IMG/VR virus record: IMGVR_UViG_3300023276_001086
Span: 103,833-167,832 of that record
Length of the DNA: 64,000 nucleotides
Reading direction: 5' to 3' (one strand)
Origin: a virus
Part shown: piece by piece, positions 20,405 to 28,560 of the stretch
How the letters are laid out: each line of letters starts with the position of its first letter
How positions within the stretch are numbered: the first letter of the stretch is position 1
The notes under the pieces: generated by a model
Seen by the model: the letters and a program-made list of their open reading frames with translations, nothing else
What the model was told of the DNA's origin: nothing
Database searches by the model: none
Position numbers and translations under genes: made by a program

Positions 20405-21000
20405 CAGTTCGATTCCTTGTTGTCTACGAGCTGGAGGTAGCCAACTCTCGCTTCGTCATCAACATCACGCCCCTCCATAGCATCCAAGAAGGTACGGATG
20501 ACGACACGGGCGTCGATACCCCAGGTACTGAGCAAGATGATGGTCTCGAGGATTATGACGGACGTCCCTCGGCACGCTTGCTCGAAGAACCCACTCTCGA
20601 GAGGGTCATGGTGCTCGTTCATGTCCGCCTCCGACACCGTAACCGCTAGATCACCCAAACCAGCCATCAGAGCTGCCAACGTACTGAGCGGGCCCACATC
20701 AGCTCTCCGGCGCCCAGCAGCCTTCCCCTTCGCGTAGCGCACCGCTCTCAGAAAGACTTGGTCCCGCATACTGTCAGCGTGACCTGCCTCGATGAGCTTG
20801 TGCAGATCACCCGCCTCCGTGCGGTCGTTGAGCTCGGCAGCGATTGCCTGAGCTTGCTCCATTTTCATCTTGGGGCTCTCGAGGTCGAAAGCCATACCTC
20901 TGAGCACTACCTTCGCGTACTCTTCTCCAGATTCCGGTGGTGGGGTCACATCAGCGAAGATCTGCGGCTTGTCCATACCATCCCTTTCTTCTATCCTCAT
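20404..21000 (-). CDS. hypothetical protein, possibly a degenerate MazG-like helical domain
   Basis: LAALMAGLGDLAVTV helix pattern lacking the catalytic acidic residues. Confidence 0.4.
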   Translation of the reverse strand: MRIEERDGMDKPQIFADVTPPPESGEEYAKVVLRGMAFDLESPKMKMEQAQAIAAELNDRTEAGDLHKLIEAGHADSMRDQVFLRAVRYAKGKAAGRRRADVGPLSTLAALMAGLGDLAVTVSEADMNEHHDPLESGFFEQACRGTSVIILETIILLSTWGIDARVVIRTFLDAMEGRDVDDEARVGYLQLVDNKESN

Positions 21001-21180
21001 CTCTCACACGCTCCTCAGTGTCTGGGGTTTTGCCTACCCCAACATACATCGGGGTAAATCGGCGTTCTGTAACCGCATCCCAGTGCTGTAGTGCCTCCTT
21101 GATTTCCCTAGTCATTCTCACGAAACCGCCCACACTATCCTCCTACCTATCGCCAGCGAAGTATGTCACTGGCCGTTCAC

Positions 21181-21207
21181 CTTATACCCACATCGTAGCC
21201 CGTATTG
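21181..21207 (-). promoter_or_regulatory. phage promoter motif, variant (CAATA-N17-ATAAG)
   Basis: Same spacing as the other copies; follows a TTTTTAGCA terminator-like end near 21221-21230. Confidence 0.55.
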
Positions 21208-21286
21208 AGGGTAATACCCTGCTAAAAAGAATCTCTCAGTGTCCTGGGTGTGCGGCAGTTTTTTACAAGGATGCCGCCTTGTTTCT

Positions 21287-21541
21287 TCAGATGAGTCGCC
21301 CGCCGTAATGGGAGACCACCAACCACTCGTCGATTGCCACCTCCCCGATACCCCAGGGCGTCATGCCCTGGCTGGTGAGATGCTTGTTGAACTGGGCCTG
21401 CGCCGCATCCTGGTCGCGCGCCTGACAGGCCGCCACCATCTCTGCCGACAGCTCTGTCGGCAGAATTGCGACGAGACCGTCAGACCCGTAGACACCAAAC
21501 GAACCATCATGAATCTCTTTGACCTGCATGAATTTCTCCAT
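21287..21541 (-). CDS. hypothetical protein in a promoter-terminator cassette
   Basis: 84-aa ORF directly after promoter 21560..21603. Confidence 0.6.
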   Translation of the reverse strand: MEKFMQVKEIHDGSFGVYGSDGLVAILPTELSAEMVAACQARDQDAAQAQFNKHLTSQGMTPWGIGEVAIDEWLVVSHYGGRLI

Positions 21542-21559
21542 TCTTCGGGGGTTAGATAT

Positions 21560-21603
21560 CCCGAGTCCACAATACTCTTATCCCCCTTTCCCCCTCTCTT
21601 TTG
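21560..21603 (-). promoter_or_regulatory. phage promoter motif CAAAA-N17-ATAAG-N6-GTGGACTCGGG
   Basis: Matches copies at 22610, 55761, 56322. Confidence 0.8.
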
Positions 21604-21642
21604 CAGCTAAAAACAGCGCCCCCGTGAGGGATTGCTGTTCCA
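21604..21642 (-). terminator. hairpin + U-tract + TTAGCT terminator
   Basis: Minus strand AACAGCAATCCCCTCACGGGGGCGCTGTTTTTAGCTG. Confidence 0.75.
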
Positions 21643-21674
21643 TTTTTCATCGCCGCCCCGGACGGGGCAGCGGA

Positions 21675-22577
21675 TTAGAAGTAGGGGCGGAGGAGGTCGG
21701 CGACCTCATATACCGCATCCATGGTCGCACCCGCGTTGCGCGGGCCGCCAGCACAACCGGCACCACCCCCCGCCTCGGGCCCGAAGGCCTTGCGGACAAA
21801 GTAGAGGGCGGGCTCGCCCCCGAACTCCTCCGCCGAGAACTTCTCGGGCTCCCGGAAGCTTACCGTCACATCCCCCGAGGTGGGGGTGAGAGCCACCACG
21901 CAGTCGGCGTCGTGGCCCTCGTGACGGTAGAGGTGGTTGACAAACTCTTCCGACTTTCGGAGAAGTACCGACCCCCCAAACATCACCTCCTCGATTGAGG
22001 AGGCGGCGAGGACCACCTCGGCCGCCCGCCACTGACGACCAAGGAACAGGAGCTCCTGGTCGCCGGCGAGGATGCGGTCGATGACGCCCACGTAGCTCTC
22101 GACCTCCTCGGTGACATCAGCGACTCCCTCTCGAGGGGGCCACACCTTGTGGCTCTCCTCGTAGGCCCAGACGGAGTCGAGGGCCTCTCCCCAGGTGAAG
22201 GCGCCGTTCGCGGCGCGCTCACCCCACTCGGGGAGATCGCGAGCGGCCCCGGGTCCTCGAACATCGGCCACTGCGGCCAACTTCACGAACGCCGGCGGGA
22301 AGGCATCTCGACCCATGGCGACACCGCACCCCATCATGGCGTCATGGTCCACGTGGCTCAGGCCGACGACGTCGACCACGGGCAGGCTGCCCGCTTCGGC
22401 CTCACACGGGGCGGGGTTGTCTCGATGCTTCTCGTGGTGAACGAGGGTAAATCCAGAGCCCTCAGCTGTGAGGGCTCCCCACTGGGTTTCAATGCCGCCA
22501 GTCTTCTCGCCCCGACCCTCGCAGCTCGCGAAGTAGTCAGTCAGGGCGGATGCGGATGCGGCAAGAATAAACAACAT
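21675..22577 (-). CDS. DHH phosphoesterase-like protein (divergent)
   Basis: TLVHH, SHVDHDA, AVADVRG and C-terminal GGGAGCAGG resemble DHH/DHHA1 motifs. Confidence 0.5.
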   Translation of the reverse strand: MLFILAASASALTDYFASCEGRGEKTGGIETQWGALTAEGSGFTLVHHEKHRDNPAPCEAEAGSLPVVDVVGLSHVDHDAMMGCGVAMGRDAFPPAFVKLAAVADVRGPGAARDLPEWGERAANGAFTWGEALDSVWAYEESHKVWPPREGVADVTEEVESYVGVIDRILAGDQELLFLGRQWRAAEVVLAASSIEEVMFGGSVLLRKSEEFVNHLYRHEGHDADCVVALTPTSGDVTVSFREPEKFSAEEFGGEPALYFVRKAFGPEAGGGAGCAGGPRNAGATMDAVYEVADLLRPYF

Positions 22578-22609
22578 GGTGGTCTCCTTGTTTTTGTTGG
22601 GCGTGATTG

Positions 22610-22654
22610 CCCGAGTCCACTATTAGTCTTATCCCTCCTTTCTGGGACGTTTTG
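22610..22654 (-). promoter_or_regulatory. phage promoter motif CAAAA-N17-ATAAG-N7-GTGGACTCGGG
   Basis: Matches the other copies; upstream of a GGAG RBS and ATG 22577. Confidence 0.8.
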
Positions 22655-22674
22655 CGGGGTTTGGGTCTGACATC

Positions 22675-23063
22675 TCAGCTGCTCTTTGCGGTCTCCTCTG
22701 CGTTCGCAGCAGCCGTCTCGAGGACATCGTCACTGCCGTCGGTCAGGGCATCACGCCAAGTGCGCTCAGGCGGGTCACCATCATCGTAGAAGTGGCCCTG
22801 CCCCTTCGCATCGGTACTCGCCGTCTCGAAGTGGATGGGGCTGCCATTCTTCTCCCAGCACCGCTTGTGCTGGAAATCGACCGGGGTGTGGTAGTCAATC
22901 TCATAGTCGTTGACCCGACCGTAGCCGTCGTAGTCGCCGTAGATGACCGTGCCGTCCTGGAACAGCGCCACGCACTCGTTGAGCCACGCCGTCTCCTTCG
23001 TGATGGCATAGGGGTTCATTATGGAACGCCCGCACCGGGTGCAGTTCCAGCTGAAAAGCCCAT
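22675..23063 (-). pseudogene. hypothetical protein apparently missing 1 nt near its 5' end (would read MGFFSWNCTRCGRSIMNPY...)
   Basis: GGAGG RBS + ATG at 23063 is out of frame by 1 nt with ORF 22675..23019; the intervening sequence encodes FSWNCTRCGRSI in the downstream frame. Confidence 0.55.
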
Positions 23064-23079
23064 GGGGGCCTCCTTTTGT

Positions 23080-23928
23080 CTAGTTCTGTTGGGTTGGTGG
23101 TTCAGGCCGCTCGACGCCCTCGTCGAACTCCTTATCGGCTTGGTCTGCTTCGATCTCTTCGCGGGTCTTGAACAGAGACCGGAGCTTCCACAGCAGGCCG
23201 GTGTACACCACCATAGCGACCTGCCGCTCTTTCGATGTCCAGCTCCTAATCAACGACTCAGGAATGACATCTTTGAGCTCGTGGTCCCCCCTATCGAAGA
23301 AGGCGAGTAGCAGATTGAGCTCGAGGTGAGCGAAGTCTGAGTGAACCAGGTAGGCTGGTGTGAGGCTCTTGGCAATGAGGATGTCCCCCACCTCCTCCTC
23401 ATCTAGTTCACCCAGCAGCCCATCTACACCGTAGTTCTCGACCATCTCTGTCGCTTCTTCTCGGAGCGGGGCCATGAGCATAGATTGCTGGAGCTCTTTG
23501 TCCCCCTCTCGATCCCACCAGTTGAAGATGCTCACCTGACCGGTGCGGTACGCCTTATCGAGAAGACGCAAACCTTCATTGAGCTCGACAATACCGAGCT
23601 TGTACTGGATGGCTATCCGACACAGATAGGTGGGACAGACGTCCGGGCGCGTCTTACCGTAAATTCGGCACGACACGTAGTCCATGGGCCGGCCCAACAA
23701 GAACCGACAAGGCATGGTGAGGACTTCCTCACCGGGATTGGGACCTGTTCCGGTCGGCTCAGTGTGGCAGAACTTCTTCTGAGGGATGTTGTTCTCTTCT
23801 GCGATGATCTCCCTGTTCTCAGAGCTCACCTGGACACTGAGCATGACGCAACAGAGACCGCAGCGTGTGCACAGGGGGTTGGCGGGTCGATCGAGCAGCG
23901 GCTTACCATCCCCAGGTTCCGTCGACAT
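23080..23928 (-). CDS. YkgJ-like cysteine-cluster (Zn/Fe-chelating) protein
   Basis: CTRCGLCC ... PCRFL ... CRIYGKTRPDVCPTYLC. Confidence 0.75.
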   Translation of the reverse strand: MSTEPGDGKPLLDRPANPLCTRCGLCCVMLSVQVSSENREIIAEENNIPQKKFCHTEPTGTGPNPGEEVLTMPCRFLLGRPMDYVSCRIYGKTRPDVCPTYLCRIAIQYKLGIVELNEGLRLLDKAYRTGQVSIFNWWDREGDKELQQSMLMAPLREEATEMVENYGVDGLLGELDEEEVGDILIAKSLTPAYLVHSDFAHLELNLLLAFFDRGDHELKDVIPESLIRSWTSKERQVAMVVYTGLLWKLRSLFKTREEIEADQADKEFDEGVERPEPPTQQN

Positions 23929-24363
23929 TCACACCTCCTTCGCTCGGTAGGCCTCGAGGACCCCCGGGATCTTCCCTTGGCCAAACTCTACCTTCCCCAT
24001 TGCCCGAAGCTTCTTCAGATGACCAATGATGGCTGACTCACCCCAACGCTTGGTCTTGTCGAGGTGTAGGGCACTGATACCTATCTCCCTGAGTGTGTGC
24101 CACCCAGGGTTGGCCTGTAGCCAGTTGGACATCAACATCATGCGCTTCTGCACGGTCAGCCCTTCTTCGGTGGGATGAGCTTGTGCTTGCTGATGTTGCT
24201 GAATCGCATGGGCGGGAGGTTTTGCGACGAGAAGCGCTCGCGTGTCTTGGCGTCGAGGTACTCGGACCCCGACTCGCACAACCCTGTGAGGCCTATGAGT
24301 AGACCGTGTATTGCGTAGAACACGTCCACGATGGCGTCTGTCACTTTCCGATCCATTTCCTCA

Positions 24364-25017
24364 TCACTCTTCTCGGTCATCACACTCCTCTTCCTTCGTT
24401 TCTTCTGGTTGTGCCTCTGGCCGCCTTCTGACGAGGTAAGGTAGGGCATAGGCCCCACCAGCGATGGTGTTCAGTGCCAACGCATCCTCCACACTCAAGC
24501 ACGTCACGTGAATGATCTCCTCATCGTTGTGCCGGAACTTCGACGCCATCTTCCCATCGATCTTGATGGGCTCACCGCACTCAACGCAGCGTGGTCGGGC
24601 CTTGTCGTAACCGGCAGGCTCGTACAACCCCACGAATTCAACCTCGAGCACATCGTTGAACTCCTCCTTGCACAACCAAGGCGGTCCCTCCTCGAGGTAG
24701 GGGTAATTCTCGAGCATGCACAGCACGCACATGCAGGCGTGAATCGTCGGGGCCTTCTCCATGAGCTCCCGAACCTCGGTGCCCTCTGGGTAGTGCTTCT
24801 TGCGCGCGTTGCACCGCCAGAGGGGCGGGGCGTCTTGTCCTAGTGCCATCATGGGTAGAGGTAGGCGCGATTGCATATACCTGACTTCCTCGCTTTCATT
24901 CTGAGAGGAAGTTGATCTTACCACCTTGGCTGCGGGCTGAACGGCCCTCTTGGTGAGATATCCTTCCCCGAAAAGCTCACTCTCCTCCCAGTGCTCCATC
25001 TGCTTTGACTGCACCAC
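24364..25017 (-). CDS. hypothetical Cys/His-rich protein
   Basis: CxCxxC, CxxC, HxxC motifs. Confidence 0.6.
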   Translation of the reverse strand: MVQSKQMEHWEESELFGEGYLTKRAVQPAAKVVRSTSSQNESEEVRYMQSRLPLPMMALGQDAPPLWRCNARKKHYPEGTEVRELMEKAPTIHACMCVLCMLENYPYLEEGPPWLCKEEFNDVLEVEFVGLYEPAGYDKARPRCVECGEPIKIDGKMASKFRHNDEEIIHVTCLSVEDALALNTIAGGAYALPYLVRRRPEAQPEETKEEECDDREE

Positions 25018-25546
25018 TCAGCACCTCCTCGAGCATCTCCCTGATACGAGGCGGCTTCCACCCTTTGGGCTTCAGCTTCTTACCGTCCTCCCTTGTGGGC
25101 CCATCGGCCTTGGCCATGTTGCTCCTGTGGACCTCCTGGAAGAAGGGCTCGATATCGATGCCCATGGCGTTGCTGGTGTTGTGGATGACCACGTCGATGT
25201 CGCAGATGGCGTCGATGACCTCGGCCCATGCCTTGAGCAGCATCCCTTCGTCTTCGAGCTCGAGCGCGTCCTCTATGTCAAGCATGGCTGCATCGAACTC
25301 TCTCGCCTCCTCCTCTACCAGCGCTCTCAGTAGATCGAAGTTGAGGTTGTCCACCCGAGGCATGTCCTCGTTGAGCAGGGGGATAGCAAGGGCCACCATC
25401 ATCTCGTGGACGCGCCCTTGATGAGTAGTCTTGAGCTTATTGATCTCCCGATTCTGCCACCACACGAGATTTTGGAGCTCTTTGGCCTCATCTGTCCAGT
25501 CCTGCAAGGACCACTTACGGACCGGTTTATCCTTTCGACTACTCAT
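24977..25546 (-). CDS. MazG-like / PRA-PH-family NTP pyrophosphohydrolase
   Basis: LVEEEAREF ... EVIDAICD ... EVHRSNMAK ... REDGKKLKPKGWKPP. Confidence 0.85.
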   Translation of the reverse strand: MSSRKDKPVRKWSLQDWTDEAKELQNLVWWQNREINKLKTTHQGRVHEMMVALAIPLLNEDMPRVDNLNFDLLRALVEEEAREFDAAMLDIEDALELEDEGMLLKAWAEVIDAICDIDVVIHNTSNAMGIDIEPFFQEVHRSNMAKADGPTREDGKKLKPKGWKPPRIREMLEEVLSGAVKADGALGGE

Positions 25547-25902
25547 CGCTCTCTCCCCTCGTGCTCCGCCAGGTCATGACGGTAGGCGAGCAGGGCGTAT
25601 CCAGCCACGTCTCTCCAAGGGCTCTCGCCGAAGGCATCCTTGTCGGTGGCAATCCTCGAGAGCTTGTCGAGGACGCTGATCATGCACCGAGCGTCGTGCA
25701 TCTGTTCCGGCTGGATGCCCTCCGGGTACAGGATGCTCATCATCTTGGCAGACTTCTCAGTCGAGTTGCCGTAGGCCTGGTTGGACGTGTCGACAACCTT
25801 GATGAGCTCGGCCCCAAGGTTCGCCCACACAGGGTCATGCACCTTCAGTGCATGACCGACCGCTTCCATCTCTTCACCAGTTGGTTTCATGTTCTTTCCC
25901 AC
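25543..25902 (-). CDS. all-alpha NTP-PPase superfamily / nucleotide-modification-associated domain protein
   Basis: NQAYGNS ... DKLSRI ... ESPWRDVAGYALL. Confidence 0.65.
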   Translation of the reverse strand: MGKNMKPTGEEMEAVGHALKVHDPVWANLGAELIKVVDTSNQAYGNSTEKSAKMMSILYPEGIQPEQMHDARCMISVLDKLSRIATDKDAFGESPWRDVAGYALLAYRHDLAEHEGRER

Positions 25903-25924
25903 GATGTCTCCTTTTCAAAAAAAT

Positions 25925-25980
25925 GAGCCGGCGCAGCACCCCCACGATGATGAGTCAGTAAAGGGAACCACGCCGGCTCG
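25925..25980 (-). terminator. long-loop hairpin (GAGCCGGCG/CGCCGGCTC) followed by a T-tract on the minus strand
   Basis: 9-bp stem, about 37-nt loop, then ATTTTTTT. Confidence 0.5.
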
Positions 25981-26001
25981 TGCCCAACAGGAGGGTGTCG
26001 G

Positions 26002-26559
26002 CTATTTGCCTCTACGACCGGCCACCCGCCACTCAACGAACACATAGTTCCCGCGCGTACTGGAGTGGGCGATGATACCTGCCGCCTTGGGCGAACGGAG
26101 TGCGTTACGGACGATGCGCGTCAAGTCCTTACCGTTCTGCTTGGCCTGTGCGAGCTCCTCCTTCTCCCAAAGCAGGTAACAGAGCTCGAGAACCCCAATC
26201 TCCTCTCTATCCCGGATCCGCTCCACCAGAGCGATCTGGAATGCAGATAGGCCTGTGTTGGGGTCCACCTTGTTGTCACCGAGGGTATCCCGGAAACACT
26301 GATCCACTGAGCTATCTGGCTCCCTAGTGAGTTTGGGGTTCTTCTGCTCCTTGGTGAGCTTCGACGTCTGGGTAGCTTTCCTTCTGGCGGGTTTTGCTGC
26401 TGCCGTAGCTCCGTTCGACTTCTCCTTCTTCGGAGACTCCTCCTCAATCACTCCTTGGTGACGTGCGGTCGCTCGAGCCTTACTCGCAGCAAGCCGCGCC
26501 CCCAAGTTGGCGTACTTCGCCTTCTTCTCCTTGTGAACTGGCACTACTCGTCCTCCCAT
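26002..26559 (-). CDS. basic protein with a probable C-terminal winged-helix
   Basis: K/R-rich N-terminus; IVRNALRS...GII.....RGNY pattern. Confidence 0.6.
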   Translation of the reverse strand: MGGRVVPVHKEKKAKYANLGARLAASKARATARHQGVIEEESPKKEKSNGATAAAKPARRKATQTSKLTKEQKNPKLTREPDSSVDQCFRDTLGDNKVDPNTGLSAFQIALVERIRDREEIGVLELCYLLWEKEELAQAKQNGKDLTRIVRNALRSPKAAGIIAHSSTRGNYVFVEWRVAGRRGK

Positions 26560-26613
26560 TTCCTAGTGTTTAGTGCAGTTAGGGCTCAACAGTGCAGTAG
26601 AATGATCAGGGTG

Positions 26614-26910
26614 TCAACTGGCGTTGAGGGGCGGATGCGGCCACCACTGACCCCCTTCAAGCTTGAGCACAACCTGACCATCGTGGATGGGATAGGGGAA
26701 GAGTTCCCCGCACTTTGGGCAGTTCATTTGCTCTCCATCGACGGGCGCCTTGAAGTCGCCCAGGGGGGTAAAATCGTCAGCTCTAATGGACGCGGATGAG
26801 TAGTCTCTGCCGACGGCTGCGCAGGTGAAAATTCGATCACCACACCTTGCGCACACCACCACGTTTGACACGTTCACCTCCTGTGGTGCTAGGGACAACC
26901 GGTTGTCCAT
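26614..26910 (-). CDS. Zn-ribbon hypothetical protein
   Basis: CARCG, CPKCG. Confidence 0.65.
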   Translation of the reverse strand: MDNRLSLAPQEVNVSNVVVCARCGDRIFTCAAVGRDYSSASIRADDFTPLGDFKAPVDGEQMNCPKCGELFPYPIHDGQVVLKLEGGQWWPHPPLNAS

Positions 26911-27236
26911 GGCCCTTATAGCGTGTAGTACCCGAAACTTACAGCGTGCCTACTGGATCGTTCCCGTGCTATAAAATTCAAAAAGACACGAAGCCGGGGC
27001 ATTTGACGAATGAAAAATCGGATTCGGGTGTTTGGAACCAACGCGTTGCTAACCTTGATCACAGGACGCCAGGGGGATGCCGACGCGGGTCTAGTTCTCC
27101 ATGGCTCTATGCAGTGTTTTGACCTCGCCGAGGCTCTCCTGGATGCCGGTGACCGAATAGCGGACATCGAGCTCGCTACGAAAGTCCCAGCGGACCCCGG
27201 CTTCTACAGCTCACGCAAACACCACAAGGAAAACCG

Positions 27237-27770
27237 ATGACCTTCCTCAAGTACTTCGACAAGCACGTCATCCACATCAAGCTCGTCGACAAGGATGACA
27301 GCTGGTTCATGAAGCTGATCTCCTTCTTCCTCGCCATCGGCAACTTCCTACACATCACCAACATCCAGAACTTCATGGGCGGCTACGGCACCACGATAGG
27401 CCACACCCTCTACGACAACCCAGGGTGGGACTGGGATGCCGAACCCGACACGCACAAGTGCCACGAGCTCTGTCACGCAGTGCAGGCCAGCATCAAGATG
27501 TCCCTTCGCTACCTCTTCCGTCCCGAGTGGCGAATGTTCTACGAGAGTGAGTGCGCGCAATGTGAGATTCTCTGCTTTCCTGACCTGGTGAGAGGCGACA
27601 TCTGGTTCGAACGCCGAGTACGGCAATTTGTGGCTTACGGCATCAAAGAGAAAATCGTTCGGAGAGAGCTCACCAAACGTCTCGATGAGATTGAGAGGGG
27701 AGAACCTAGATCAAGTGCTGCGAGGGTTGCCCACTGCCTCATCGCGTGGCGAAGTGAGCATGGCGCGTAA
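27237..27770 (+). CDS. putative zincin-like metallopeptidase
   Basis: TTIGHTLY ... HELCHAVQ ... ESEC (HExxH plus downstream Glu). Confidence 0.6.
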   Translation: MTFLKYFDKHVIHIKLVDKDDSWFMKLISFFLAIGNFLHITNIQNFMGGYGTTIGHTLYDNPGWDWDAEPDTHKCHELCHAVQASIKMSLRYLFRPEWRMFYESECAQCEILCFPDLVRGDIWFERRVRQFVAYGIKEKIVRRELTKRLDEIERGEPRSSAARVAHCLIAWRSEHGA

Positions 27771-27987
27771 CCACCTCCAATTCGACATCAGTGACGAGCA
27801 GCAGAGAACGCTCGAGCTGGAAATCCAAAGACTGAAAAGCAGAGGACTCCGGGCCAACCGAGCGCAGGTCATTCGTATCTTGATTGAGCAGCATCGATTG
27901 AAGTTACGCCTAGCCTCTGAACAGGACGACGCTGCCGGTATGCTAGCCTGGCTCTGGAGAAAGCGCCATGACGACGAAAAAGACTGA
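27760..27987 (+). CDS. ribbon-helix-helix (CopG-like) DNA-binding protein
   Basis: NHLQFDISDEQQRTLE....NRAQVIRILIEQ: beta-alpha-alpha pattern. Confidence 0.6.
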   Translation: MARNHLQFDISDEQQRTLELEIQRLKSRGLRANRAQVIRILIEQHRLKLRLASEQDDAAGMLAWLWRKRHDDEKD

Positions 27988-28489
27988 CCCGACGTTCTGG
28001 ACAGCAAAACCCTCAGAGGCTCCAGAAAGCTGGGAAGGGATGCTTGCGTACTTCAAGCCGCGCACCACAGAGGAGCTCCACAGCTACTTCGACGCGAAAC
28101 CACCGGCCCCACCAGACCCAAACGAGCGGCCGCCGGAGGTTGAGCACCGCCGACCTACACTGTTCGACCAGCTGCACCTCACCGAGGAGGAGTTTGTCGA
28201 GCTCGCCCTATCCCAGCCCCAGATGTGGGAAGACGAGGAGCTTGACTACCTCCACTTGGCCGCGGAAGAGGGGGAGACCGACGAGCGCCTCGAGGGGCTC
28301 GCCAACATCTATTTCTCAGGGGTACGCCACAGCCAAAAGGCCAAAAGAACTACACCCCCACCTACCCCAAGTCTCAACACGAGTCTTTCCGACATGCCGG
28401 GTATGCCCGGAATAACCACCATTCCTGATCTCGATGTTCTTGAGGGCACGAAAAGCGTCGACCGTTGGTGGGAGAAGCAGAAGGGCTGA
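27968..28489 (+). CDS. hypothetical acidic Pro-rich protein
   Basis: 173-aa ORF, last gene of the plus-strand block. Confidence 0.65.
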   Translation: MTTKKTDPTFWTAKPSEAPESWEGMLAYFKPRTTEELHSYFDAKPPAPPDPNERPPEVEHRRPTLFDQLHLTEEEFVELALSQPQMWEDEELDYLHLAAEEGETDERLEGLANIYFSGVRHSQKAKRTTPPPTPSLNTSLSDMPGMPGITTIPDLDVLEGTKSVDRWWEKQKG

Positions 28490-28516
28490 AAATCACACGA
28501 TCTTGGTGTGATAAGA
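28488..28516 (+). promoter_or_regulatory. phage promoter motif GAAAA-N18-ATAAG (empty cassette)
   Basis: Same bipartite motif; followed directly by a terminator. Confidence 0.6.
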
Positions 28517-28520
28517 CATC

Positions 28521-28560
28521 TGAGCTCCTGTCATGAGGACGCCGAGCTCGTTTTAGCTAG
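28521..28560 (+). terminator. hairpin (GAGCTC...GAGCTC) + TTTTAGCTAG
   Basis: Ends in the same TTAGCT signature as 21604, 53064, 56261, 56701. Confidence 0.65.
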
